From contig CAZFHY010000004.1 of NCBI GenBank assembly GCA_964519305.1, positions 96,001 through 160,000 on the forward strand: DNA of 64,000 bases. Direction: 5' to 3'. The notes beneath the pieces were generated by a model, which was not told the origin of the DNA, made no database searches, and saw nothing but the letters and a program-made list of their open reading frames with translations. This DNA comes from Candidatus Undinarchaeota archaeon. GTDB lineage: Archaea; SpSt-1190; JASMDC01. The first letter of the stretch is position 1, and every line of letters begins with the position of its first letter. The position numbers were made by a program, and so were the translations under genes. Shown in pieces: positions 48,611-59,748 of this stretch.

Positions 48611-51600
48611 ATGGTAAGGAGTGAGGGCATTCAAGGAAAACGATTGAGCCTTGAGAGCGAAGACTATCTACTAAGCGTCCTGCTCGCCCTCACTATCATA
48701 TTCTGCATCCTCCACGGGACATCGCTCGAGCTCAAGGACTTCACGAACAGGGCAATCGGTATCTCTGTTGTCGCGGGGATCGATGCTCCCTATCGTGGTC
48801 TCCTCTATTTCGTTGCCATCGGAGCGTCGATAGTACTGATCATCGGCAATCTGTTGATCTTCGGGACCGTGAACACACATCTTCGAAAGAAACCGCTATA
48901 TGCGCTCGATAATGAGCTGCGTGCCCTCCTCTTCGACGTATCCCTCTTCGCACTTATGATGTTCTCCCTATTCCTGCTGACCGGGGAGGACCTCTTCTTC
49001 AACATCATGTGCCTTTTCTTCGTATACCTGATCATCCTATACTGCTATGTCGTCGTCAGGGCGATCGCACGGACATGCGATGCCACCTTCATTGACACGT
49101 GGTCCCCGGACAGACAAGTCCTCGTCTACGGCCTGCTCTTCCCATACCCGCTCTTCTTCATCCACTGGACCTTGACGGACAGCACGTTCACCGTGAGCTC
49201 CTGGCACCTGATCGCGTACCCGTTCCTTGTGTGCGTCTTCTTCCTGGTCTATGCCGCTCTCATCGAGGCGCTCCGTGCCCTTTCTATCAAGAGGGCACGG
49301 CTCGACGACGCCCTCGCCCTCTCCTCCATATTGTATGTGCTCATACCGATATCGGTCCCGCTCATGAACGAGCTGCAGTACACGCTCTCGTCCCGGTCAA
49401 CGGTCCCCCCTCAGACCCTCGCATTGTTGACCTGCGGGCTCCTTGTTCTCACGAGCGTCCTCCTGTTCCTCGTCTCGCTCCTTCGTCCGTTCACCCGTCC
49501 GACGTGCTACCGGATAGTCGAGTGGTACTACCTCCCGCTCATCATCGCCACCGTCACGCTCTACGCATGGCACGAACACGTCCTATCCTATGTCTGTTAC
49601 GACCTCCACCACCTCGGTCAAGAGATGCTCGCCTCCCACCAGCTCTACAATTTCGGGAGTGTTCCCTACATCGACATCCTCCCCACCCACGGAATGACCG
49701 AGGCCGTACCAAAGATAGTCTATTCCCTCGTCAACGGATACCGTCTCGTCGAGCCCATGCTGTGGAACTGGCTCCTCATGATACCGGCCATGCTCATCAT
49801 CTACGCCTTTCTATCGGTCGTGGCCGGGCCCACGTTCGCGTTCATCAGCGTGCTGACGCTCCCAATGATCAGGGGGACCTATGGGACGTTCGGTCTCATG
49901 CACGGTTCCTACTATTACGAATCGCTCCTTTTCACCCTCCTTCCCATTCTCCTTCTGCCGCGGCTGCTGCGAGGCGGGAGGTTCCCTCATCTGGTGCTCT
50001 TCTGGTCGTACCAGTTCCTCCTCTTCTTCTGGAGGATGGACCTGTGCTTCGCTTCCCTCGGGGCGTCCACCCTCATCTGGGCCTTCGTATTCCTCAGCAG
50101 GTGGCACCGGGCCGATCCACAAGACCATGTGCCCGCGAGGGAGGTGGTCTACTCCTTCCTCCTCGCGTTCGTGTCCACGGCCTCGCTGTACATGGCCATC
50201 GTCCTGGTGACCAGTGATGTCCCGCTGTCCACCCTTCTTGAACGGTACCGGGACTTCCTGAGCGTGGGCGGTCGCGCCCTCACGGCGGAGTCCCTCTTCG
50301 ACACACGGACGCATCAAATCTCCCGCATCCTCTTCCAGTACCTCCTCATCCCCTCGGTCTCGGTCGTGTACATCTGCTATGCCATCATCAAGGGCTTCTT
50401 CCAGCGAGCGCCGCTCACGACCCGGCAGCTGACCCTCCTGCACCTCAGCATCTACACTATGGCCCTCTTCGTCAGGTCCGTGATCCGCTATAGTCTCTTC
50501 CGGGTCGGATACTGCACCTTTTTCTCCTATTTCCTGGCCATGTGCATTCTGTTCTACTTCGAGATCAGGCGTACTGACCTGGCCAAGGCGTTCTTCGTGC
50601 TACTGGCCCTGCTCTATATCGCTGCCTTCCCGCGTATCGACATCCTGCTCGATGACGACCTGTTCAGCTTCCATGAATGGGTGCCCGGTATGACGAGATT
50701 GAGGGACAATGACGTCCAGTACGGGCGCATCGTCGAGTTCTTCGATCATCACCTCGGTCCCGAGCAGACCTTCTTCGACTTCACAAATCTCCCCCTTCTA
50801 TACGTGATGGCCGACAGGAGGGTCGTCACCTCGATCCCTGTGAACTTGGCCCAGACGTCGGAAAGGATCCAGACCTCGGTATTGGAAGAGCTCGAGGCTG
50901 CGAATAGTGTGGAGCTTATCCCGTTCGTCGTGTTCAAGCAGAACGGTGCCTCGTGCAATATGAAAGGTATGGACTGGGACCGTGCGGACGGCGTTTCGAA
51001 CGAAGTGCGTAGTTACCGCGTGGCCGAGTTCATCTACCGTAACTATCATCCATTGGGACGTGTTGGATCCTATGAGCTATGGATCGACAACGATGAGGCG
51101 TTCCAGGCAAGGGCGCCGGCGGAGGTCGTGCTGCCCATCACGCGCAAGACCATCGGGCCCGACACGGCTACCGATGCCGATGGGCCGATATCATGCCCTT
51201 ATAATGGAGGACCTTGTCTGCGGATGTGGGATTTCCTCGACCTCAGCGGCCTCGCCACGAGCGAGCTGGGCAGGAAGCGGGGGACATCGAGCACCCTGAA
51301 CCTCACCTACGTGAGCTCAAAGAAGAGCAGCGGACTGATCAGGTTCGACTGTCGCTATCCATCCCACGTGGTCGGCTTGTTCGAACCCTTCCCCATCAAG
51401 GATCAGGAGAGGACGGAAGTGTCAATCCCGCTCCCTGAAGACTGCATGGTAGGTGAGCTCGAGAACATTACACTGGACGTCCCGACCGACGCCACGTTCG
51501 AGGTCATGGATGCACGTATCGTAGAGAGGCGCTCGTTCAGTCAAGCGGACTCTGTGGTCACTCAGCATTTCGAGCTCAGGGAGCTACCGCGCATCTGGGC

Positions 51601-51964
51601 ATCGTTCGATGAGAAGGATGCCACCCACAGAACCGATGTCATCGCCACGCCCTATGATGGTCCCGAGGAGCTGATCGTAGATTGGCAGGACATCACGCTG
51701 CCCGTCGATCCCAACATCGATAAGCGGTCCGGTAACTATCTCCACATCAGGGCGAGGGCGAACGATGCTGCTACCATTTTCGTGCGATATGGGACGATGG
51801 GGTCCACGTTCTCGTTCAATGTCCGCCAGTCCGAGGAATTCAACGATTATCTCATCCGTCTGAGCACTCAGTGGTCATGGATGACGGAGGATATCGATGC
51901 GTTCCATGTGACCGCCTCGTATCCGGTCAGGATAGAGAGCGTATACGTCAGGGGAGGGGACTGA
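48611..51964 (+). CDS. Very large membrane protein, possible GT-C-fold glycosyltransferase with extracellular C-terminal domain
   Basis: 1117 aa; many TM helices, DLHHLGQE and PYIDILPTHG loop, soluble beta-rich C-terminus; function inferred. Confidence 0.6.
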   Translation: MVRSEGIQGKRLSLESEDYLLSVLLALTIIFCILHGTSLELKDFTNRAIGISVVAGIDAPYRGLLYFVAIGASIVLIIGNLLIFGTVNTHLRKKPLYALDNELRALLFDVSLFALMMFSLFLLTGEDLFFNIMCLFFVYLIILYCYVVVRAIARTCDATFIDTWSPDRQVLVYGLLFPYPLFFIHWTLTDSTFTVSSWHLIAYPFLVCVFFLVYAALIEALRALSIKRARLDDALALSSILYVLIPISVPLMNELQYTLSSRSTVPPQTLALLTCGLLVLTSVLLFLVSLLRPFTRPTCYRIVEWYYLPLIIATVTLYAWHEHVLSYVCYDLHHLGQEMLASHQLYNFGSVPYIDILPTHGMTEAVPKIVYSLVNGYRLVEPMLWNWLLMIPAMLIIYAFLSVVAGPTFAFISVLTLPMIRGTYGTFGLMHGSYYYESLLFTLLPILLLPRLLRGGRFPHLVLFWSYQFLLFFWRMDLCFASLGASTLIWAFVFLSRWHRADPQDHVPAREVVYSFLLAFVSTASLYMAIVLVTSDVPLSTLLERYRDFLSVGGRALTAESLFDTRTHQISRILFQYLLIPSVSVVYICYAIIKGFFQRAPLTTRQLTLLHLSIYTMALFVRSVIRYSLFRVGYCTFFSYFLAMCILFYFEIRRTDLAKAFFVLLALLYIAAFPRIDILLDDDLFSFHEWVPGMTRLRDNDVQYGRIVEFFDHHLGPEQTFFDFTNLPLLYVMADRRVVTSIPVNLAQTSERIQTSVLEELEAANSVELIPFVVFKQNGASCNMKGMDWDRADGVSNEVRSYRVAEFIYRNYHPLGRVGSYELWIDNDEAFQARAPAEVVLPITRKTIGPDTATDADGPISCPYNGGPCLRMWDFLDLSGLATSELGRKRGTSSTLNLTYVSSKKSSGLIRFDCRYPSHVVGLFEPFPIKDQERTEVSIPLPEDCMVGELENITLDVPTDATFEVMDARIVERRSFSQADSVVTQHFELRELPRIWASFDEKDATHRTDVIATPYDGPEELIVDWQDITLPVDPNIDKRSGNYLHIRARANDAATIFVRYGTMGSTFSFNVRQSEEFNDYLIRLSTQWSWMTEDIDAFHVTASYPVRIESVYVRGGD

Positions 51965-51967
51965 TCC

Positions 51968-53485
51968 CTACATGAACGCGTCCACGTCGCGTTCCGTTAT
52001 CTCGACACCGTTCTCGTAGTCGCTGGCCGCGTCCTCCAGCCCGCGTGCGTGGGACGGCTCGCTGGACCGGCGGCGGCGCACCTTGATGAAGGCCGGGTAG
52101 TTGACCGCCGCGCCTACGACGAGAGCCTCGCCCACCCGCAGGCTAGAGATGGTGTTCAGGACCTCGCGAGATATCCCCTCGCTGGATCGTCCGATGTGGT
52201 CGAGGTCGTATGGATTGGTGACCCTGAGGATTATATGGGTGTTGCACTGGGACAGGGCGGTGGTGGAGAGCTGGATGGGACGCTGGCTGATGAGGCAGAG
52301 ACCAGCGTAGAACTTACGTCCCTCCCGAGCGATCTTCTGGATGATGGAGCGTGACAGCGCCTGCTCCCGTGCTTCGCCCCCGGGCACGTAGTTGTGTGCT
52401 TCCTCGACCACCTGCACGTACGGGCACACCTCGCCCCGCTGCCGGAGCTTGAAGATGGTCCGTGACACGTGAGTGACGATGATCTGCTTGGCCCGGAGGC
52501 TAGTGAGGGGGGACATGTCGATGATGACGGCCTTCCCCGGTTTGACCAATCGCTTGAGGCTGGGCCGGTCCTTCTTGGCGAAGAGCTTGGTGGCATGCAG
52601 GTCATTGAGCCAGCCGACGAGGGCGGGCACGATGTTCTCATGGATGGACTCGTCGCTCCTCACTAGCTCGATCAGGTCGGTCAGGTCGTATTTGCCGCGC
52701 ATCTCCTCCCGCGCCCGAGCGATGACCCGCGACAGTTCCCTCCGCTGGGCAGACGACATCCTGGGGAGGTATTCCGCGATTCCGAAGGCGGATAGCTTGG
52801 GCACGGCGATGCGGTAGTCGTCCCCTCCGACCACTGTGACCTTGCCAGCGCCCACGGGATCATCGGCCTGGCCAAGGGAGGTGTACTCCCCGTGGCCGTC
52901 GAGCACCACGAGCGCTACGCGGCCTTTGCCCTCGGGGCGCGACAGCAGTTCCTCCATGAGCACGGTCGTGAGGTAGGACTTTCCAGCGCCCGAGAGCGCG
53001 AGGATGGCCACATGCTTCTGGAAGAGACGGGTGAGGTTGAGCCGGGCGTCCAGGTCGTGATGGGCCACGCTCCCGATATGTATCCCGTCGGTCTCGATAC
53101 CAAGGAATGTCCTCAGTGTATCGCTGTCGGCCAGGGCCACCTTGGTGCCCGGTGACGGGGGGAAGGAGGGACGCTGGACACCATCGCGGAGCACTCCCAG
53201 GGGGACGGCGTCGCCCACCAGGAACTCCCACCGGTCGGTGGGAAAGAGTGCGCCCAGTGTGGAGCCACCGCGCTCGTACTCCTTGACAGACTCGGCCCTT
53301 GCGAAATATCGGTTCGTCTTGCGCAGGTCCACGACCCGGGCGATAAGGGTGCCCTCCTCGCAGTCGACCTTGACGAACTGGTCCTTGCGCACGGGCATGG
53401 GTTCGCCGCCCTCCCGCACGACGAACGAGAAACGAGTAGGGGACGGCCCCTCCAGCGAGGAGATCACGGTGCCGACCTCGTCCAT
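51968..53485 (-). CDS. herA: HerA DNA translocase/helicase
   Basis: HAS barrel N-terminus, HVAILALSGAGKS, EEAHNY, IAREGRKF, ISQRP, LSQCNT. Confidence 0.92.
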   Translation of the reverse strand: MDEVGTVISSLEGPSPTRFSFVVREGGEPMPVRKDQFVKVDCEEGTLIARVVDLRKTNRYFARAESVKEYERGGSTLGALFPTDRWEFLVGDAVPLGVLRDGVQRPSFPPSPGTKVALADSDTLRTFLGIETDGIHIGSVAHHDLDARLNLTRLFQKHVAILALSGAGKSYLTTVLMEELLSRPEGKGRVALVVLDGHGEYTSLGQADDPVGAGKVTVVGGDDYRIAVPKLSAFGIAEYLPRMSSAQRRELSRVIARAREEMRGKYDLTDLIELVRSDESIHENIVPALVGWLNDLHATKLFAKKDRPSLKRLVKPGKAVIIDMSPLTSLRAKQIIVTHVSRTIFKLRQRGEVCPYVQVVEEAHNYVPGGEAREQALSRSIIQKIAREGRKFYAGLCLISQRPIQLSTTALSQCNTHIILRVTNPYDLDHIGRSSEGISREVLNTISSLRVGEALVVGAAVNYPAFIKVRRRRSSEPSHARGLEDAASDYENGVEITERDVDAFM

Positions 53486-53556
53486 CGATGGACTCCACCG
53501 CACCTTTAAATAAAAAGATTTACTCACAACTGTTCCAGTTAATACGGGGCCATACA

Positions 53557-54375
53557 ATGCCGACACTAGGACGACGGGTCATCCGGAAGGTCATCAAGAA
53601 GCCCACACCGCCCGAGGGCCCAAGCCGCGAGATCGTAGACCGCATAGAGCGGGATAAAGCCCGCCTCCACAACTGGATGGAGGGTAACATCGACCGCATC
53701 AAAGGGTGGAAGGGTGAGGAGCGCCGCATCCGGGAGCTCGAGCACCGCTTCGAGGAGGTCGAGGAAGAGGCATCGGTCCCCATCACCGTCGACGAATCTC
53801 GGATACTCGAGCACGACATCGGGCTGCTAGAGGACCACATCACTGCCCTTGAGCGGTCCAGTGCTTTCAAGGAGCTGAAGGGCCAGCCCGCTCCGAAAGC
53901 AACAACTCAGGTCCGTACGACCGCGGCCGGGCCGGTGCCCCGTGTCCGTCCGGCATCGACAGCACCTATGCAGGGACCGAGAGGTCCACCCCGACCGGGA
54001 CCCGGTGAGAGGAAGGCCACTGACGATGTGCTCGACCGCATCGACGGTGTGCTCGACAAGATGGAGTCGACCATGGGCGTGTGGGCCAACGCTACCCGCA
54101 TCTCACCCGAGAAGGTCATGCGCTCCAAACGGCGGTCCGGTGAGGGGCTACCACAGGACAATTACCAGCTCGTCGGCCGGTTCCTCGCCAACCTGGTGCA
54201 GAAGGGCACGCTCGGGCCCCCCAGCGCTATAACGCGCGAGCGCGTTCTCCGGGCCTTGCCCGGCATCTATGCAGGCGTCGCCAAGTACCTGAAGGTCACA
54301 CCCGAGGAGGTCAGGCTCTCTCCACAGGAGGAAGAGAAGCTGGCCGCCGAGCTCGTTCGGGCCGTTTCCCAGTAG
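53557..54375 (+). CDS. Hypothetical protein (basic N-terminus, coiled coil, Pro-rich linker)
   Basis: Fills the gap divergent from herA; host-like codon use. Confidence 0.65.
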   Translation: MPTLGRRVIRKVIKKPTPPEGPSREIVDRIERDKARLHNWMEGNIDRIKGWKGEERRIRELEHRFEEVEEEASVPITVDESRILEHDIGLLEDHITALERSSAFKELKGQPAPKATTQVRTTAAGPVPRVRPASTAPMQGPRGPPRPGPGERKATDDVLDRIDGVLDKMESTMGVWANATRISPEKVMRSKRRSGEGLPQDNYQLVGRFLANLVQKGTLGPPSAITRERVLRALPGIYAGVAKYLKVTPEEVRLSPQEEEKLAAELVRAVSQ

Positions 54376-54380
54376 AGGAC

Positions 54381-55601
54381 CTAGATAGGCCGATCCGGCG
54401 TTCGGGAGTATCTATCGGAGCAGTATGTACAGTTCCCGTCCTTACCCAGGACATTATCGCAGTAAGGGCAGTGACCCCGCTCGGGCCTGTTGCGTAGGAT
54501 GAAGGATGTGCCGATAAGGGTGAGCAGTACAACGATCACAGCCAGGGCTGCGCGCACCCTGCCCTGGAGACGCTGACGTTCGACGTTCTCAAGCGTCGTG
54601 TTCACGACCTCCACACGCTCAGCTGCCAGGTCCATAGAGCCCCGCTCGGCCATAGTCTGCCCTTCCTCCAGGGAGGCGAGAATCCCTGCGACCTGCCCGT
54701 CGGTGAGCAGACCATTGAAGTAGGCCTCTTCCGTCCTGGTGCGGAGCACGGCCACGTCCTTGATCATCGAGGACCTGACCTCGGGATTGGGACCTGTGTC
54801 ATCGGGCGTTGATGCACGTGTGCTGAACTGGGGGATGTGTAGCGCTACAGCCACCGAATCATCTATAGGGACCCAGTCCTCGGTGCCTGTGGGGCGGAAG
54901 GCCGTCCTGCAGGAGAGCCACCGTTCACCGGCGCGTTCAGAAGCCAAGGCAACGTCGTGTTCCACTGTCCCGTTCGGACCGATGACAAGTGGTCCTATGG
55001 TTATGTGTGTGGTGGGGTTCTCGCCCGGAGGCCCGAGCCCGGCGGGAAGCTCACACGATGCCATAACCTCCACAGCCATCTCCACATCAGTGTTGGCCCC
55101 CAGAACCTTGAGCACCGCCGGAGAGTCCGGAGCGGAGGCTGGATAATCGTCAAAGGTCATCGATGGAATGACCGGGAGCTGGTCGAGGACCAGGATCACG
55201 AGCTCGCGCTCGAGAGTGATGATGGGGGCACCCTCATCTCCAGCAGGGAACGAGACTGCGAACGCTATGGTACGCGGAGCGTTCGCGTCCACCCTTAGCA
55301 TAAGGTCCCCGGTGATTACCTCGTGGGCTCCGAGGACCGCCTCGTGGACGATCGGTATGCCGGGCCCCAGCGGGACTGTGGCATTGACCAATACCACACC
55401 CTCGGGAATCCCGATAGTGACCGTTGCGTTTCTGGGCAATCGCAGGTTGTTTACTAGGGTGAAAGTCAGGACGGTCGTCTGACCATGCTCCACGCCCGGG
55501 GGCTCGAGCGTCACGTCCACGTTCATGGCGGGGGATGGTGGAAGAGCGACCACCAGCATCGCTGCGAGGGCAATGACCATGACCGCCGTGCGCCAACCCA
55601 T
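54381..55601 (-). CDS. Secreted Ig-like protein with C-terminal TM and cytoplasmic zinc ribbon
   Basis: Signal peptide, beta domains, TM, then CPYC-x9-CTYC; starts 2 nt from the nurA stop. Confidence 0.7.
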   Translation of the reverse strand: MGWRTAVMVIALAAMLVVALPPSPAMNVDVTLEPPGVEHGQTTVLTFTLVNNLRLPRNATVTIGIPEGVVLVNATVPLGPGIPIVHEAVLGAHEVITGDLMLRVDANAPRTIAFAVSFPAGDEGAPIITLERELVILVLDQLPVIPSMTFDDYPASAPDSPAVLKVLGANTDVEMAVEVMASCELPAGLGPPGENPTTHITIGPLVIGPNGTVEHDVALASERAGERWLSCRTAFRPTGTEDWVPIDDSVAVALHIPQFSTRASTPDDTGPNPEVRSSMIKDVAVLRTRTEEAYFNGLLTDGQVAGILASLEEGQTMAERGSMDLAAERVEVVNTTLENVERQRLQGRVRAALAVIVVLLTLIGTSFILRNRPERGHCPYCDNVLGKDGNCTYCSDRYSRTPDRPI

Positions 55602-55602
55602 C

Positions 55603-56721
55603 CTAGAACGGCCTCCCATGCCGTCGAAGGTCCATCGATCCCGGCGGCCCGCCCATAACATCGGCGATGAGCGCGTGGACCATCTCGATATCGTCCTGTG
55701 ATAGCTTGGCCCGACCGTCGGCCTCGATGAGCACCGTAGGGATGCCGTAGAGGTCGTGGTGGCCCGATATCGCCAGGAGCGTGGCGGCCAGTGCGTCGGC
55801 CTGCCTGCTGATGTTCCCTGCCGAGGCAAGGAAGTCTACCCGGACCGGCCTGTCGAGGGCCGCGGTCCTGAGGTAGAACGAGTGCACCCGCTCGCCCCAC
55901 GTGCCCAGGTCCCTGAGCATGGGATGGTCGTAAGCGCGTCGAGAGTACTTGAACACGAAGGTCCGTTCCCTCTGTTCCATGAGGTGAGCCAGTAGGGGCG
56001 TATCCCTGCTCCTGCGAAGCATGTCACCCGCGTTGGCGTTCACGATCCCAGGGTTCAGATTGGGGACGATCCTGTCCGCCAGAACCATCGAGAACCGGGT
56101 CCCCCGGGAGTCCTCCACAACTCCCGCAAGCTGGCTGCCAGCACGTTCACAGGCCTTGTAAAGGTCCACGTACCGCTCCATTAGGGCGCTGTACATGTCC
56201 TTCAGCGTCGAGTCGGCCGGGGGTTGGAGGGAGGGATGAGGTGCCACGGAGCCGTCCATGAGCAGGAGGTCCGGAGAGTGTGTGCGTGCCATCCGGGCGG
56301 CCGCGGCCAGTTCGGCCATCTGACGCTCCATCCCGGCCCGAAGGCGGAGGTCGCTCTCTGATAGAGGATCGGACACCACAGTGATCGTGGGCGTGACGAT
56401 AGGGGCGGGCAGGTAGTCGCAATGCTCGATCCTGCCGTCGGCGTACCCGAAACGGACACCTACCGCCCGGGTCATTATGATGTCGATACCGTGGCACTCG
56501 CGTGTCAGGAGCCCTCCATCGATCCCCGCAACAGTAGTGTGGGCTGCGTCCCCCTTCACCCGCTCGAGGAGCCGGTCGTCGATGACGGTCTCACCGTGCT
56601 CGTCGACCTCGGTGATGGATACCTCCCGGTGCACCTGGCGAAGCGAGTACGCCAGGTCCTTGCGCCGTGCGGCCTCGCCCTTGAGACGCTGGGCGAGCGC
56701 GCGTATCTCCCCCTCGAGCAT
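55603..56721 (-). CDS. nurA: NurA nuclease
   Basis: AGIDGG, MAE, LLMDGS, GVVEDS, YGIPTVLIEADGRAK. Confidence 0.9.
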   Translation of the reverse strand: MLEGEIRALAQRLKGEAARRKDLAYSLRQVHREVSITEVDEHGETVIDDRLLERVKGDAAHTTVAGIDGGLLTRECHGIDIIMTRAVGVRFGYADGRIEHCDYLPAPIVTPTITVVSDPLSESDLRLRAGMERQMAELAAAARMARTHSPDLLLMDGSVAPHPSLQPPADSTLKDMYSALMERYVDLYKACERAGSQLAGVVEDSRGTRFSMVLADRIVPNLNPGIVNANAGDMLRRSRDTPLLAHLMEQRERTFVFKYSRRAYDHPMLRDLGTWGERVHSFYLRTAALDRPVRVDFLASAGNISRQADALAATLLAISGHHDLYGIPTVLIEADGRAKLSQDDIEMVHALIADVMGGPPGSMDLRRHGRPF

Positions 56722-56913
56722 CGCGGGTCTCCAGTAGACACTATGTGCCCTGAGAGTTAAAAAGATGTTGGACGCCGCGCGGGGGTGAATACAGCAGGAG
56801 GCATGACTGATGGAAAAGCATGCGAGGATGCGGCACGGCAGCACGCACCTACATCCACGGCCCCCTCGGGGAACATATTAAAATCTACTCTCCGTGCATC
56901 CAATGGGACGTCC

Positions 56914-58938
56914 ATGACTGAAAGATACATCGTCACATCGGCGCTGCCGTACGTCAACAACATCCCCCACTTAGGGAACCTCATCGGATCGGTCCTCCCG
57001 GCGGACGTATACTCCCGCTGGCTGCGGATGAAGGGCAAAGAGGTCATCTATATCTGCGGGACCGACGAACATGGGACGCCCATCACCGTGTCCGCCAAGA
57101 AGGAGGGCGTGACACCGCGGGAGCTCGCTGACAAGTACTATGCTATCATCAAGGACTGCTTCGAGCGGTTCGATATCAAGTTCGATAACTTCTCACGGAC
57201 CACTAAGCCCATCCATTACGAGATGACAACGCGCTTCTTTTCCAAGCTGCACGAGAACGGCTTCATCCACAAGGAGGACATGAACCTCCCCTTCTGCCCC
57301 ACTTGTGAGCATTTCCTACCGGACCGGTACGTGGAGGGCATCTGCCCCAACTGCGGCGCTGAGGGCGCGCGTGGTGACCAGTGCGATGCCTGTCAGACCG
57401 TCCACGATCCTGAGGACCTGGAAGAACCGTACTGCGTCACATGTCACACGACGCCCGAGTGGAAGATCACGGCCCACTGGTTCCTTGACCTACCAAAGCT
57501 CGCACCCGAGCTGAAGACATGGCTCGAGGAAAAGACCTACTGGCCGGCCAACGCCCGTAACTTCCCCTTGGGATGGATCAAGGAGGGCCTCAAGCCCCGT
57601 GCCATCACACGGGACATTGAGTGGGGTGTCCCCGTCCCCCTGGAGGACGCCAAGGGCAAGGTCATCTACGTATGGTTCGACGCCCCCATCGGCTACATAT
57701 CATCCACCATCGAGTGGTGCGAGAACGAGGGCAGAACGGACGAGTGGAAGAAGTACTGGTACAATGATGAGGCCAAGCTCATCCACTTCCTCGGAAAGGA
57801 TAACGTACCCTTCCACACGATCATCTGGCCTGGCATGCTCATCGGCATGCGCGAGGACTTCACCCTCCCCCACTACATCGCCAGCTTCGAGTACCTCAAC
57901 TTCGAGGGGCAGAAGTTCTCCAAGAGCCGCGGAGTGGGCATATGGATCGACCAAGCGCTGGACCTGCATCCCGTCGATTATTGGCGGTACGCCCTGGTCG
58001 CCAATGCGCCCCAGACACGGGATACGGACTTCTCCTTGAACGAGCTCAAGCGGCGTATCAACGACGAGCTCGCCGACATCATGGGCAACTTCGTCCACCG
58101 GACACTCACGTTCACCCACCGGTTCTTCGGCGGAAAGATCCCCGAACGGGGTCCTCTCGCCGAGGCGGACCAGGAGCTCCTGGCCGCGATCGAGAAGGCA
58201 CGACAGAAGATCGACGCGCGCATGGACGTCTATGACCTGAAAGGCGCTCTCCATGAGGTCATCATGCTGGCCAAGGAGGGCAACCGTTACTTCAACGACC
58301 GTAAGCCTTGGAAGACAATGAAGACTGATCCGGTCGCTGCGGGCACGACCATCAACCTATGTGCCCAGGTCGTAGGTGCGCTTGCGGTAGTCAGCTCGCC
58401 GTTCATCCCACGGTCCGCCCAGCGGATGTGGGAGGCCGTCGCTTGCGAGGGACTCGCCGAGGAGCAGACATGGGACGCTGTGGTCACTGTCGAGGCCGGC
58501 ACCACGGTGCCCGAGCCCACGCCCCTTTTCGTGAAGATCGAGGACGAGGACAAGAAGAAGGCCGCAAAACCCAAGCCGGTGGCGAAGGAAAAGAAGAAAG
58601 AAGGTGGAAAAACTATGATTACGTTCGATGAGTTCGAGAAGATCGACCTCCGTGTGGCCGTCATCAAGACGGCCGAGCAAGTGGAGGGCACCAAGAAACT
58701 CCTTAAGCTCACGGTGGACGTGGGCGAGGAGGAGACGCGCACGGTTGTAGCAGGCATCGCCGATCAGTACAAGGCCGAGGACCTGCCCGGACGACGAATC
58801 GTCGTCGTGGTCAACCTCAAGCCCGCGAAGATCCGCGGCATCAAGTCGAACGGCATGCTCCTGGCAGCAGAGGTGGGCGAGGACGTTGGTCTCCTCACCA
58901 TCGATAAGGAGCTGGACGCAGGGGCCAAGGTGCTCTGA
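56914..58938 (+). CDS. metG: Methionyl-tRNA synthetase with C-terminal tRNA-binding domain
   Basis: [17 protein letters not shown], Zn knuckles, YVWFDA, KFSKS, Trbp111-like C-terminus. Confidence 0.97.
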   Translation: MTERYIVTSALPYVNNIPHLGNLIGSVLPADVYSRWLRMKGKEVIYICGTDEHGTPITVSAKKEGVTPRELADKYYAIIKDCFERFDIKFDNFSRTTKPIHYEMTTRFFSKLHENGFIHKEDMNLPFCPTCEHFLPDRYVEGICPNCGAEGARGDQCDACQTVHDPEDLEEPYCVTCHTTPEWKITAHWFLDLPKLAPELKTWLEEKTYWPANARNFPLGWIKEGLKPRAITRDIEWGVPVPLEDAKGKVIYVWFDAPIGYISSTIEWCENEGRTDEWKKYWYNDEAKLIHFLGKDNVPFHTIIWPGMLIGMREDFTLPHYIASFEYLNFEGQKFSKSRGVGIWIDQALDLHPVDYWRYALVANAPQTRDTDFSLNELKRRINDELADIMGNFVHRTLTFTHRFFGGKIPERGPLAEADQELLAAIEKARQKIDARMDVYDLKGALHEVIMLAKEGNRYFNDRKPWKTMKTDPVAAGTTINLCAQVVGALAVVSSPFIPRSAQRMWEAVACEGLAEEQTWDAVVTVEAGTTVPEPTPLFVKIEDEDKKKAAKPKPVAKEKKKEGGKTMITFDEFEKIDLRVAVIKTAEQVEGTKKLLKLTVDVGEEETRTVVAGIADQYKAEDLPGRRIVVVVNLKPAKIRGIKSNGMLLAAEVGEDVGLLTIDKELDAGAKVL

Positions 58939-58939
58939 G

Positions 58940-59479
58940 ATGTACGAGGTGCGGTTCCATGGCCGAGGGGGCCAGGGCTCCGTTACGGCGGCCAAACTGT
59001 TAGCTCATGCCGCCTTCCTGGAGGACAACCATACACAGGCGTTCCCGCATTTCGGCTGCGAACGGAGGGGCGCGCCCGTGGTGGCTTTCACCCGGATCGA
59101 CGACGCGGAGATCCGTATCCATACGCAGATCCACGAACCAGACTGCGTCGTCGTGCTCGATTCCCCCCTGCTGAAGGTCCTCGACGTCACATCGGGACTA
59201 AAGTCAGGTGGCATCGTTGTGGTCAACACCGAGCGCTCCGCGAAGGAGCTGGGGCTCCCCGAGGGCACAAAGGTGGCCACAGTGGACGCGCTCACTATCG
59301 CCACGGAAGAGCTGGGGCGACCCATCGTCAACACACCTATCCTCGGTGCCCTGAGCAAGGCCACCGGTATCGTAAAGCTCGAGTCCCTTGTGAAGGCGAT
59401 CAAGGAGGTCTTCAACGAGAAGATCGCAGAGAAGAACGTACGGGCCGTTACCCGTGCCTACGAGGAGGCGAAGGTATGA
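58940..59479 (+). CDS. porG: Pyruvate/2-oxoacid:ferredoxin oxidoreductase gamma subunit
   Basis: [21 protein letters not shown]. Confidence 0.93.
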   Translation: MYEVRFHGRGGQGSVTAAKLLAHAAFLEDNHTQAFPHFGCERRGAPVVAFTRIDDAEIRIHTQIHEPDCVVVLDSPLLKVLDVTSGLKSGGIVVVNTERSAKELGLPEGTKVATVDALTIATEELGRPIVNTPILGALSKATGIVKLESLVKAIKEVFNEKIAEKNVRAVTRAYEEAKV

Positions 59480-59748
59480 CCACAGTGAAGCTGAAGCGTG
59501 GAGTGCCCATATGTGCTATGTCCGTACCCCAGAAGGGGGCCATGGGCCACACCGGCGACTGGCGCACCGAGAAACCGGACAAGGACGACGAGAAGTGCAC
59601 GTCGTGCGGCCTGTGCGTCACGTTCTGCCCCGAGGGCTGCATCGAGCCTAAGACGATCACCATCGATATGAACTATTGTAAAGGCTGTGGCGTGTGCGCC
59701 GAGGAGTGTCCCGTCAAGGCCATCACCATGGGGAGGGAAACACTATGA
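59476..59748 (+). CDS. porD: Pyruvate/2-oxoacid:ferredoxin oxidoreductase delta subunit
   Basis: [27 protein letters not shown]. Confidence 0.93.
   Translation: MTTVKLKRGVPICAMSVPQKGAMGHTGDWRTEKPDKDDEKCTSCGLCVTFCPEGCIEPKTITIDMNYCKGCGVCAEECPVKAITMGRETL

Noticed and set aside
53531-53550. GTTCCAGTTAATACGGGG resembling an ORB element
   Set aside because: Single copy, lacks the GGAAA core, no cdc6 nearby; it lies in an ordinary divergent promoter
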